Made by a program: the position numbers and the translations under genes
Part shown: positions 34,707 to 47,526 of the stretch, piece by piece
How the letters are laid out: every line of letters starts with the position of its first letter
Numbering within the stretch: position 1 is the first letter of the stretch
Source: Paraspadella gotoi
Taxonomy: Eukaryota > Animalia > Chaetognatha
Direction: 5' to 3'
Assembly: GCA_051294375.1 (NCBI GenBank)
Contig: CM119270.1
Span: 9,549,530 to 9,613,529, forward strand
DNA: 64,000 nucleotides
Notes under the pieces: generated by a model
The model's database searches: none
What the model was told of the DNA's origin: nothing
Seen by the model: only the letters and a program-made list of their open reading frames with translations

Positions 34707-35589
34707 GGAAAAAAATGAATATGTGAAAACATCGAGAAAAACTGCTTGTTTGAATACAGTCCATTATAAATATTGACGACGACCGCTAAAAAGCTAATCT
34801 GGTTGTAAACTCGCTGCTCAATTAAAAATACATATAGGATTAGCATTAGGGTTGAAAGAACGAACAACAACAAAATTATATTTCCGATAAATCCGTTCAT
34901 AATTTCAGATCCATTGGTTTAAAAAAAAAACTACTATATTACTATTTTTGACATTTTAAAAAATTGTTATTTGACGCCGCGAAAAGGTATGTCTTGAAAA
35001 GGAATGTCTTGAGTCATTAAGAAGGACAATAATTAAAGATTGCTGGATAAATCAAGAGAAAAACCTCTTCGCCAGAGGGAATATACTAAATATTAGTAAA
35101 AACAATATTCAACAAGTTTTCAATTAAATTTTTTATTGTAGGTTCTTCTGCGTTGCATTTCCAAAGTTAAAGTAATTTGGTATAAAATTGCACAAAAAAT
35201 TATGACCAGGATATTTTTAAGCTCAGAACAGAAGGCAAAAACTAATATTTGCATTACTTTATTAAGCAGGAGAGAAGAATATAAACTAGTATTAACTTAT
35301 TGTAGACTAATAGAAGCGAAAAGGAAGTAGCCTTTGGCGTGGGAAAAACATCTTAGTAAGTTAAAGCTTGTGACTACACTACGCTTCAAAACAAAAAGTC
35401 TCGATAACTGTCAAACACTCTTAATCAAAAAACGAAATTAAACCCGAAAAAAGTTGGAATGCGGTCATTGAGTAAACAACAAAAGAAACAATGGTAACAG
35501 AAAAGCAGAAAATTATTACGCCGCGACAGAATAATTTCTCTGTCAGCGTCCGATCAGACACTACCGCACAGTCGCAAAACATCTAAAAA

Positions 35590-36815
35590 ATCTTTTATTA
35601 GAATCTTGTCGGGCATTCATTTATATCATATTAGAACATCGAATTATGATAAATTATGCAAAAAAAAAAAAAAAACGATGTCCATCCGTCCCACCTTAGC
35701 AAAAAACACCAATTACTCATGATTGGATGGATTGAAATTTTGTGTGCGAGTAGGGAAATGAGTTTAAATGGAAAAAACAAAAAAATATATTTTACTATTT
35801 GAATACAATTACTCATGAGTGGATGGGGCGATTGACTTGAAATAGAAATCTACTATGAAATTAAATTCAATAGGGGCGGGGATTCAAAACTTTAGTCTTG
35901 AAGTTTACTTTTAGGTAAAAAAAGAATTTTTTTAAAAAAGTTCGATTTTAATGCTTTTATTGTTGCTATTAAAATTACAATATTACTATATAATGATAAA
36001 AAAATTTTTTAATCAATCCTAACTTTTTTTGATGGATTCTGATGGAGCATAAAAAGTTAAATAAAAAATTTAACTACAACTTTCGAAAATATTTATGTTT
36101 TCTTGGTCAAAATTAAGAAAAAGTAATAAAATTATCGAAAAATGATGATGATGATGATTATAAATAGTTTTTCATATTTTTCACATACTTATGATCAAAA
36201 TATCGAAAAAAGAATTATACTTTGTGTAGACAACTTTTTGCAAGCTACCTGAATCTGATTTTAAAAATCAAAAAATCCAAAAAATTTTTTTAGCCTTTCC
36301 TATTTATAAATAAATATTTAAAAATTAATATATGGAGTATGGAGTAATATAAAAAATTTTTGTCTATTCTAATTTTTTTTTAAATGTCTAAATTTTCGTT
36401 TGAGCAAGTGCTTAATTCAATTTCTTAACCACCTTACTGAGTTAGTCTCCCCCTACTTGAAACTGGAAATCAAGTTTCCATAGAATCGTTTGAGTGGAAA
36501 TGAGTTTAAATGGAAAAAAACAAAGAACTTTTTCACTCATTGATTATGCTTCTTTTTCTTTTTATTTTAAATGTAAATGCAATATTTATTAATTAATCAA
36601 ATAATTAATCAGTTAATTAATCAATTAGTCAATTAATTAATCAATTACTAATTAATCAGTCAATTAATCAATCAAAACAAACATTTCGGATCATATTAAT
36701 TAATTAATTGCCTAATTAATTAAATAATTAATGAATAAATTAATTATTAATTATTAACTGGAATTATATAATGATCGTGGGCAGATCCGACATTGTTTGC
36801 TCAAACTTGTTTTTT
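35590..36815 (+). mobile_element. Helentron/DINE-1-like copy interrupted by a MITE-family fragment (about 35845-36458)
   Basis: Shares cttgtcgggcatt…agaacatcgaattatgataaattatgc and the 3' gcagatccgacattgtttgctcaaacttg with 4820-5490. Confidence 0.7.
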
Positions 36816-36957
36816 ATATCGATCATTCGTTCACAGCAATTTTTTTCAGTTTTCCCGGCTCACACACAAAAAAATCACACCGAGTCATCGGGAGCCTTAA
36901 GTCTTTGGATTTTTCCTAGCAGTCGTTCCGCCACGGCGCGGCGTCCACCCCCCTTTT

Positions 36958-39900
36958 TCAATCGGACGCCCCGACGGCGCCGTCGTCGTCGTCCGTGCCG
37001 AAGTAGCGGTCGCCGAAATTGCCGATCCCGGGGATAATGTGGAAGGCGTCGTTGACGGCGGCGTCGTGCGCCGTGGTAACGAGGCGTACGCTGGGGAAGG
37101 CGTAGGCGATGGACTGGATGCCCGGCGAGGCCATTAAGAGAGAGAGGAGGACGATGCGGTCCTCGGCGACGTCGTGATCGAGCAGGACGCGGATGGCCAT
37201 CATGGCGGCCGCCCCTGCAATGAGGGAGGGCATGAAATGGAATCAATGATTAAACGAGAAAAAAAGTAATTAAATGAAAATATAATAAATACAATTATTT
37301 AATTAATATACATGTATAATGTATTAAATGAATGTATTAAATATAATTAATGAATATAACGACTGAATCTAATGAATAAATAGAATAAATGTATTATGGC
37401 AACGGGGAGACATGTGTGATGCCCGGGGTGTTAGGAATCTCCTAAGAGCTGGCGCTGAGGGCTTTGGACCTGCAATGACCACCCTATGTCACTGGCGTGT
37501 TTATGCCGTCACCATCACACTTTAACCAGCGTGACCGTGAGGGGATTGAACTCTGAACTCACGGTGGGTGAACGAGTATTTAGCTGTCCAAGCCAATGGG
37601 ACGAGCTGAGTTTCACCAATACGGGAGGCGAATTTAAGATTCACCACAGTATCGAATAAATGTAATGAATAAAAAGAAATATATTAGGAGCAAAAAATCG
37701 TGATCCTTCCTCTCCCACCTGTGGCAACGGTGGCCTCCATTAGGAAAACGTGGCACTCGTGGATGTTCTTAGGAAGACGGAGGTAATGGAGTTCCGGTTC
37801 TCCAGTTCGACGATTCGTCTGAATCAAGATTTTTCCGAGGCGGACGTCTTTGCAAACGGACGAAAGCGCCGGTTCCATCACTTCTCCTGATGTCAAAAGA
37901 GGCAGGATGGTTTTTCGGCACCAACCTCGCGGTTCTTTCTTCGTTATCTTTTCTCTGGCACAACCAAGGATTCGTTACCGGCTCTCAGTATAGATACTCC
38001 ACAGAGATTGTGATTTTTGGGCCGCACGCCTTCGTAGCGAGTTCCCTGCGGCGTCATTACGTGCGTCGGTTCGTAGGGCAGCATAGAAAGTGCGTGTTCC
38101 ACGAGGAGGCGCATCAATCGTTTCGAGTAGAAGATGAACTCGTCACGACTCGTTGCCCGGTTTCTATGGAAACAGGCAAGGGTAATTACATGAACTTTAA
38201 ATTATAATGATCTCTCCCAGATTAAGCTTATTATTTTGGTCAAGGTGGTAGAGCATGCCGAGGTGGCACAGGTGGCTTATTGTTTTGAACTAACCTAATT
38301 ATAGTGTGAAGTCCTTGTACTTGTGGCGTCTCTTCGATAACGTGAAAGCTCTGAGGTAAGGGTTGGTTCTGAGCCCCCGTGAGGCAAAGTTTCGAGCGGA
38401 AGCGGAAGCCTCTCTTCTTTAGCTGAGTGTGAACGTGTTGAACGACAAGATGAATCGCCACCCTTTGGGGTTGGTGAAAAACGGAAAGATAAAACGAGAA
38501 GAGGCAGAAACGATCGTTATCGAGAGAGAAGATTGTATAAATTGTGACGTAAAAATATCTTACTTGTTTTCGCCGCCTCTGGGAATAATGATGTCAGCAT
38601 GCATCATGGACGGATCAATAAAGTTCTCTACTGAGGGTTTGACAAACTTTTCGTATTGCTGTAACACACCATGGATGTCGCGTCCACGTTCCATGATGTC
38701 CCGTTTTAACCGCCTGTAAAAGACAAAAAAATATAAATGAATGGATAATTTTTATATTGGTTGTACCAATTTCATAAAGAATATAAACAGAGAGACTGAC
38801 AGACAGACCGAAATACCTGGCGAGCCGAATGTCGGAGTCCGTGTCAACGAAAATCTTCATATCCATCAGATCTAAAACGGATTTATGGGCAAAGGACATA
38901 ATTCCTTCGAAAATCACCACGTTCGCACCATAGATGGCCATCTTCTTCTTTTCGCGACTATGGGTCTGTCACAAAAAGGAGCAGTCGATGATGAGAAACG
39001 AAAAAGCAAATAAGAAAAGAGATGAAATCACAAGGACTCAAGGAGTGTGAAAGAGAAAAGAGAAATAAACGTAGCAAATCAGATTTTCAATAAAAATACT
39101 ACGTACGACATTGTGGCGAATAAGTTAGTTTCATACCTTGAAGTTGTACACTGGGATTTCGACTCGCTTTCCTGATTTGAGTTTCTTTAACGTCTTTGTC
39201 AACAACTCGACGTCGAAAGCATCGGGATGATCAAAGTTGTAGTTATTCTTGTCCGCCTCCGCCTTTTCTTCGGGCGTGAGTACTGAGAAGTAAAGAACGA
39301 AAAGCACATGATGGAAAAAAAGTGTAGCTGAAACTTTTCAGCTATTGTTTTGCATTTTAGTATATGAATCGAAAAATAAAGTTTAAATATTTAAAAACCT
39401 TAGCTTTTTGTAATTTATAATTGATATCAGACAAAAAATACTAAAGTATTATGCAAAAAAAAAAAAAAATAAAAAACGGGTGTCCAAAAATATTTTTCTT
39501 TCTTTTGAATATTTTATATTTTTTAAATATACTCAATAGAGCGTTCAAAGATAACAACATAAAAAAAATTTAATTTCATTCATTATTGTTTTAATGTAAT
39601 AAGGTCTGAAGAATTTGATGATGATAACCATTTTTTGGTATAGTTTTATATTCCTTGTCGCCAATGGCGATTTTTGAAGCATATAAGGTGCTATTAAAAT
39701 GGCGTAACCATTGTAGAGTATGAAAAACTAAAATTATTAAAATTTTATAAAGTTATATTTAGCTTATCTAATACGAAAATAAAGACCCATAAAAATATTT
39801 TGCTAAGTTTATTTACAAATATTATATTTTATTAACAGCTTGTTAACTATATTTATTAATAATTAATAGTTAAAAAATAGGCTAAAGTGAAAAAATAAAT

Positions 39901-42900
39901 ATTTTGAAATTTTAAAACCGGATTTGAATTCCTTGCAAAAAGTTGATATAAGGAAGTAAAATCCATTTTAACAAATTCTTTTATTAAGTTGGTTAAAAAT
40001 GTTAAAAACTATGATTTTTGTTTAATTTTATTATTTTTGGCTTAAAATTATTGTTTTTTTAAATTTTGACTAACTTTTAATAAAACATAAAATTGAGAAA
40101 TAAATTTACCAAAATATTTTTATAGATCTTTATTTTTATATTTCAAAAGCTCATGTAATTTTAAAAAAATGTAATAATATGATTTATCATAACTTATGTT
40201 TGCCCTATTTTATTAGCATTTTATATACATTAAAAATCGTCATTTCCGACAAGAAAGATAAAATTATACAAAAAAATAATCATCACCATCGAATTCTTCA
40301 GACCTTATTACAGTAAAATAATTAAGAATGGAATTTAATATCTTATATTTTGTTATATTTGAACGCTCAAATACTCAATTTTTACTTAAATCAAATGGTT
40401 ACTAGATCATTTCCATTAGGTTAAGTCACGCATAGATTTTAATTCATATATAAAAAATATTAAAAGCACAATCAATCAATCAATCAATCGTCACAATCGT
40501 ATAAGAAAAATCTTGATTGACGACAAATTTTGATACTAAAAAAAATAAAATTTGAGAAAAGAAAATTAATTTATAAACAGAAAGAAAAAGAAGAATGGAA
40601 AGAAAGAATTAAAAGAAAAGAAAGAATATAAAGGAAAGAAAAAAAATAAAGAGAGTGACAAGAAGAAAACAAAATAAAAACCCGATGTTGCGAGAGCAAA
40701 ATGATAACATGCACGAATGCGATGCCTAATTTTACGAGTTCAATCCTAATTCAATTTTTTTTTTAAATAAAAACGCAGAGAGAGAGAAGCAGCAGGAGAA
40801 AAGAGAGAAAAAGAAAGCCCCTGCAGAGCTCAAGGAATCAGCGACTGGGAAAAGAGAGAGAGAGCTACATATAATTAAAAGAGAAAAGAGAGAGAGAGCT
40901 ACATATAATTAAAAGAAAAAGAAAGAGACATAAAAATAAAAGTAAATTTGTTTGTTTTGATAAAACGTAAACAAAACGTATTTAATAAACGTCCTCACCA
41001 AATTTCAGACCTCGATAATGAGAAGCTGTGTATAAATTTTAAGCTTCATACACCCAAATTTAATCTTCAAAAAGGCGATCTATAAATTGGAACGCCGACG
41101 ACGACAACGACGACGCCACTTATGTGCAAAAGAATAGTATTAAAGTTATAATGATGCTCTAAATATTTCAGAATATATTTTTATATTATAAAATATTGAT
41201 AAAGGTTTAATGTTTTGCCAATACAACGATTTTTATTGTTAATAATACATGTTTCTACTCTCTTAGTTCGAGTCTTCATCAGCTTTGAAAAATCTTAAAA
41301 GCATAAGGATCGTCGCAATTGTATAAAAAAAAATATGGACCCATGACAAACTTTGATACCCAAAAAATCAAATTTGATAAAGGAAAACTATGTTTTATAT
41401 ATAAATCAATTAAAAAAAATCTTAAAAGCATAAGGATCGTCGCAATAGCATAAGAAAAATCTGGATTGACGACAAATCAAAAGGCAGCAGCAGAAGCAGC
41501 AGGAGAAAAGAGAGAAAAAGAAAGAGCCACTGCAGAGACAGCTGCAGACTCAAAAGGCAGCAACAGAAGCAGCAGGAGAAAAGAGAGAAAAAGAATAAGC
41601 CCCTGCAGAGCCAGCTGCAGGCTGGTTTTTTTTCCTTATGATTATGAATCAGTGACTCGGGAAAAGAGAGAGGGAGAGAGACATGTAATTAAAAGAGAAA
41701 AGAGAGAGAGAAAGAAATATGAAAATAAAAGAGAGAAAATTTGTTTGTTTTAATAAAACGTAAACAAAACATATTTAATAACTGTCCAGACTCAATTTTA
41801 AGCACATCGATGATGAGAAGCTGTATATAAATTTTCAGCTTCATACACCCAAATTTAATCATAAAAAAGGCGATCTATAATTTGGAACGCCGACGACAAC
41901 AACGACGACGCCACTTATGGGCAAAAGCGATACAATATCGTCGCAAACGCTTAGCGATTGCGACGATAAAAAGAGAAAGAAAGAAAGAAAGAAAGAGAGA
42001 GACAGAGAAAGAGAGAAGCCAAATCGAGAAAAAGAAAAAGCCCCTGCAGAGCCAGCTGCAGACTCGTTTTTTTTATGATAAGGTAAGAGTTTAGTGAAGT
42101 ATATAAGAGAAGAAAGAGCTAAAAAAAAGGTTAATAGTTATAGTGATCTCTCCAAACGTTACTATTTAAAAATGTTAATTAAAAAATCGGGAAAAAAAAG
42201 AATGATTGATGCGATAACAAATTTTTTATGTAACAGTAATTGATTGATATTATAGTAATTGATATAATAGTAATTGTTTGATATAATAGTAATAATAATT
42301 GATTGATATAATAATGATTGATATAATAATAATTGATTGATATAATAATAATTGATTGATATAATAATAATTGATTGATGTAATAGTAATTGATTGATGT
42401 AATAGTAATTGATTGATGTAATAGTAATTGATTGATGTAATAGTAATTGATTGATGTAATAGTAATTGATTGATGTAATAGTAATTGATTGATGTAATAG
42501 TAATTGATTGATGTAATAGTAATTTATTGATGTAATAGTAATTGATGCGATGATAACCAATAATTGATGCGATGATAACCAATAATTGATGCGATGATAA
42601 CCAATAATTGATATGATGATAACCAAATGATTGATCCGATGATAACCAAATGATTGATCTGATGATAACCAAATGATTGATGCGATAATAACCAAATGAT
42701 TGACGCGATGATAACCAAACGATTGACGCGATGAATAATTCATCGTAAATAAAACAAATGCGTGTATAAATGAGAGAGAGAAAGAGAGAGAGAAAGAAAA
42801 AGAAGTCCAGCCGCTGCAGAGCTGAACTCATTTTTAGATATATATAAAATTTAATGAAATTTAAGAAGGACAAAAAAATTTGTTACAAGGGTTTACAGTT

Positions 42901-45186
42901 AGAAATTCTTATAATTGTTTACAATTGGAAATTGTAAAAGTATATGTTAAAATTTAGATATAGCCTCTCATCATCAAGATCTTTTATAACATATCGATTT
43001 AAGTATTTTTTGTATTAATTTCTTTTTCAATATGACTTACTGCAATATGCAAATTAGAAAATAGTATTATATACTAATTTTCATATTGCAGTAAATAATA
43101 CAATAGCAATGACCTCCCAGGTAAGCTATATAAATCATCATATAAATGAAAAACCAATACTAAACCAATACTAAACCCCGACGATGGCTAATTAATATTA
43201 ATGCGATCTGTAACGAATGAAATCATGATTAAACAAAGTATGAAATAACGATAAACTGTATTGTTTGTAAACAAATATCGACAGTTTATATTTTTAAACA
43301 CTTAAATAAGATCGAGGGATTACGACGAGAGTTTATGTCCAACAATAATGAAAAGGAAATTCAAACAAAAAATACATGTATCGATATGAAACATGTGATT
43401 TTAAAAGATCCTGAGGTTGAAAAGCTATCTCTTAATCTATGGTTACACACTTTTACAATTTTCAATTGTAAAAAAAGCGTGATAAAAAGTAAGAGCCTCT
43501 CTTTTGATATAAATAATTTTATGTTATATATTTTAAAGAAGTTATATCATTTATTAAAACTTATTTGTAAAAAATACATATTTGACAATAAAATTAATTA
43601 ATTTTTCTAAACCTCTTTTCCGTCATGGTACAAAATTACTAAATTATTCTACGACCAGCCGAGGGTTTACCGGCAGCTATACTTACAAAAGAATGACTGG
43701 AGTCCCAATTCTATTTTACAGACCTTTGTAAAAAGAATCCATACTGACGAGAGAGACCCAAGCGACGTCTAAGGCGGCGATGATGTTCTTGGCCACGGTC
43801 GTCTTCCCTGACGCCGACGCCCCGCAGATGCCGATGACAAAGGCGTCGGCGATCTGGCCCTCCGAATCGTACCAAGGCGGACGCCCGGCGGTATAGAGTG
43901 TGCGATGGCACCTAGGGTTTTTAGGAGAGAAATGGATTGCAAGCGGGATTTGGATTTCCGGCGTCTCTCACCAGTTGTGAATAACAGGGGGCGTTTTGGC
44001 CGACGTGGAGGCGGCGTTTGGGAGAGCGTCGCCGGCCAAGGACGAGCCCGAGAGCGAACAGGCGGAGGTGGACGTCTCGGACGCGCTGATGGTGCGGACG
44101 CGGTGGCGACGATGGGGACGGAGTCGGGAAGGGGTCATCGTCATCGTCGGAGGACTGGTATGGATGAATAAATACGTAAAAGAATATATCAATGAACCTA
44201 ATAAATCAACGGATGTATGAAACTTAATAAACTAACGAATGATGGATTAAATTCACGAATAGAAATTAAACGAATAAAATATCAAAATGAAGCAACTTGC
44301 CGATGAGTCGTTTGAGCATAAAAAGGAGGCCGAAAAAATTTATTGTAAATTTTAATTTCGTCCACCGCGGTTTTGGCGGTTTTTGAAAAACCACTCAAAA
44401 TATTTATTTAAAAAAAAAATTTAAGAAAAAACTCGCAAAACAAGAGTCGAAACATGTCCGACTATTTTGTCAATTAAAAATCGTTGTTTGTCACCAAAAA
44501 ACTTTTTCCTAAATTCCGAAACGCAACGAAAAGATAACTAAACCCTCTTAATCCTAACCCCTCCCTAAACCCGGTCGGCGAAAGTAAAACCCGACTATGA
44601 ATTACAATTATGAGTAAATCCATGTTTGTATTAGTATTCACATATCAATAAAGTAGATCCTCACTTGGCTCCCTTGATTGATAGAGATCCTACAAAGTCA
44701 TCGGGAAGACGCCGGAACCTCGTAGTTGGGGACGTCAGATTCCGCGTGGAAAAAGGAAGAGACATTTTGGAAGTCGCGACTGATCGATTCGCGGTTGGGG
44801 TTGTCGGTCCACTGATGGACGAGAAAAGTATAAATTGATACTTCAATGGAGCCACCCAGCCACCGCCACCAAGATCAGGAGGATGCTCACCTGTCGTCGC
44901 TATTTTCTCCGAGTCGATCGTCACGGTCGTCCTCGTCGTCACCGTCCATACTGGACATGGAGGAGGGGACATCGAAGAATCTTCCGCCGAGAAGATCAAA
45001 AGCGTCGTCCGCGTCGTTGACGAAAACTTCCTCGTCCCGGACGGCGATGGGCCGGATGGCGCCGTTGCCGTGGGCGAAGGCGTCGCCGGACGATTCAAGG
45101 CCGAGATCAGAGATCGCCGAGGCCATCGCCGCCGCTGCCTCCATCTCCTCTGAAGAGATGGAAGAGGCCGTCGTCGCCGCTGACAT
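36958..45186 (-). CDS. UCKL1: Uridine-cytidine kinase-like 1 (UCK domain + UPRT-like domain)
   Basis: Exons 45186-44891, 44811-44719 (or 44665), 44154-43972, 43911-43724 ([13 protein letters not shown]-loop GASASGKTT), 39282-39137 (NFDHPDAFD), 38965-38817 ([12 protein letters not shown]), 38713-38564, 38462-38295, 38163-37979, 37886-37719 (GKILIQTN), 37214-36958 ([15 protein letters not shown]). Confidence 0.96.
39539..40368. mobile_element. Fold-back/MITE-like element with about 270-bp inverted arms in UCKL1 intron
   Basis: gagcgttcaaagataacaa…taaggtctgaagaattt…aaaataaagacccataaaaatattttg (39539-39813) is mirrored by 40099-40368. Confidence 0.8.
40480..43100. repeat. Stacked copies of an AT/AG-rich dispersed repeat family, including 21-bp tandem arrays at 42240-42730
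   Basis: Blocks 40480-41160 and 41280-42100 repeat each other (gatgagaagctgtatataaattttcagcttcatacacccaaatttaatc…ggaacgccgacgac) and 52450-54080; ctgcagagccagctgcag motif also near 1620. Confidence 0.8.
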
Positions 45187-45835
45187 GTCGGCGAGAGCCG
45201 AGATTCGTTCAGAATACGCCGCAGTATTTTTTGTCTAGGATCTCATTTTTGGTAATATCTAGGATCTAAGGAATATATATGTAATTTATGTAAAGTGTGC
45301 GCGCAATGATGAATGCGAAAAAAAATTCGGAAAGAGAAATTAGTGTAATGAAAAGTACATTGTATAATACAAATAACAGGCTAACTATATGGTTCATGAG
45401 AAGACAGTATAATACAAATAACAGGCTAACTAACAATTAAATGGATTTGAGAGAAAACCAAAAGTCGGTAAAAACGAATTAATTTCAAAAATCACAGCGA
45501 CGGAATAATCTCTAAGTCAAAATAAAAATAACTGTTTAGGACGCATTTTACCGCACTTTTAGTGTTACAACAGTACAATTCCTGAGAAGAGTTATTTCTT
45601 ACACAAAAGATATGCAATTAAAATAACCGTACTTCGCAAATCGAAATACACCACAGAGCACTATAAATCAAAATGACAGCGATCAACGAAAAATTCAATG
45701 TCTGATATTTTGTTTAACTAATAAATTTCGTTTGCGTCCGGAATAAACTTGAAAATAGGCGAACAACACACAATTTAATCCAGCGAAAGCGGAGTAAAAG
45801 TCAATTTTGTTTTCACTTGTGAAACTTGAAAGAAA

Positions 45836-46817
45836 TACCCGTAATCAAAGTATTCAGTCGTGAAAAGCGATACCCGTAATCGATGTTTTTTGACTAGAAG
45901 ACAGTTTGGCCTTCAAAGGAGGTTAAAAGGAAAAAAAATGATGTAACATTAATTAGTTAACTATTAACTATCAATGATTGATAAGCGAACCATCTTAAAC
46001 TAAACAATTTAACCTCCCAAAAATTATCCTTCCTCCACTGGAAAAAACACGCAATAAAGCGAGGGGGAGGGGGGCAAGGAAGTGCAGCGCAGTCGAAATT
46101 TCTTTAGCGGGAATCGATAAATTTTGTTTATTATTAACATACTCATATCGGATGTGTAGACAATAACATGACATCAAGAAGTAACAGTTACGCGTATACA
46201 TATATATTTTTAAAAAATAACGGATCATGCAACAAATTTTTTAAAAACAATAATTAGTAGTTTTGATAAATTTGGATACCCGTATGTTTCCATTTAATCA
46301 AAAAGAGGTTATGATTAGGATTAGTTGTTTTTGATACCCGTATGTTTCCAAACATCACGTAAGACGTCCTTCCAGGCCGCTTACTTACAATCAATTAAAA
46401 GTAAAATGGATCTCTGGCAATAAAACACCAAGATCTAATAATCGCAGAACAAATTAAGGCAAAAATCCAAGCATTGAGGTTCTTTTTATCTCTGTTTAAA
46501 ATGAAAACAATCTCTAGTTGATCATTTTGAAAGATTATTATAAATATTTCTTTTGTTTTTCGTTTTCATTATAAAAGAGAATAAATACATTGTAAACTAC
46601 AACATAAAATCGTTATCAAATATGTGGCAGGTTCTTTAAACCATACAACACAAAGTTTAATTTTCTGACAACTACTAAATGTTCACTATGTCGTTGAGTA
46701 AATAAAACGTCACATCTAACTAGTGTACTGTACAACCGTCAAAATATTATAGGAGTTAATTGTTCTCAAGTCCAGGAGTTTTAAAACCAATCAAGCTGTT
46801 CGCAATCAATACCCGTA
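45836..46817 (-). promoter_or_regulatory. Cluster of five 8-mer miR-100/99/51-family seed matches (mRNA UACGGGUA) in the presumptive lin-28 3' UTR
   Basis: + strand TACCCGTA at 45836, 45871, 46277, 46335, 46810, all in the same orientation, 0.7-1.7 kb downstream of the lin-28 stop. Confidence 0.72.
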
Positions 46818-47526
46818 TAGACGAACAATAGTTTGGTGTAAAAGGTAATGTTAGATAGCTCAATAAATATATTATTAACATTTTCAAAGTAAACCTCATA
46901 ACTAGATTAAAACTAAAAAGCTGATAAAAGCTGGAAAAATATTTTTTTTTATCCAGAGGCTTTCGGGTGATGAGGTTAAATGTTGTAAATAAGCAAAAGT
47001 GGCAAAAAGGTAGGTGTCCTCGTAGTAGCAACAACTGTTGAACGCCTAAAAAACCTACAACATAGGTTGTGAAATGAGTAATAGAGTCGCTGCCGTCTAC
47101 ATCTCCAGTGTATCATATGGACAATCACAGAAGAGCATTTTTATATCACCACACTTACCAACAGTGAAATCGGAATGTTTAGCAAAGCCGGGATAAATAT
47201 AACTTTAGGGCTAAATGATTATCAAATTTATCAATTTAAAATGCTTAACTCACCACGACTTACACCGCTATTTAAAGTTGACCCGAAATTAAAAATTTAA
47301 AAAACATATTCCCGAAAATACTAAAATTCGATAACTCGCCATTTACGTACAATAGATAAAAGTTGGCAAGTAAAAAACAGACGTATTTGAAATGTATTCT
47401 TAATAAGTGTGGAAAACTCCTGCAAAATATTACTTGTCCACACGAGAGAGTATCTAGCTACCTAAAAGAAAAACTATCGTAATTTCAAAAAACTTTCAGC
47501 ATCAACAGTTTTCTCGAAGACTACGA

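Noticed and set aside
38160-38173. X-box-like GTTTCTATGGAAAC near the ciliary gene FAM166
   Set aside because: Overlaps a UCKL1 splice acceptor and codons and lies 3.4 kb past the FAM166 stop; likely coincidental.
42162-42873. Long minus-strand repetitive ORFs and CRISPR-like periodicity (also 152-415)
   Set aside because: Translations of 21-22 bp tandem arrays with no unique spacers; eukaryotic context with no cas genes.
46275-46350. TACCCGTATGTTTCCA copies as possible miR-51/100-family miRNA genes on + strand
   Set aside because: No complementary arm nearby to form a precursor hairpin; better explained as target sites on the lin-28 strand.
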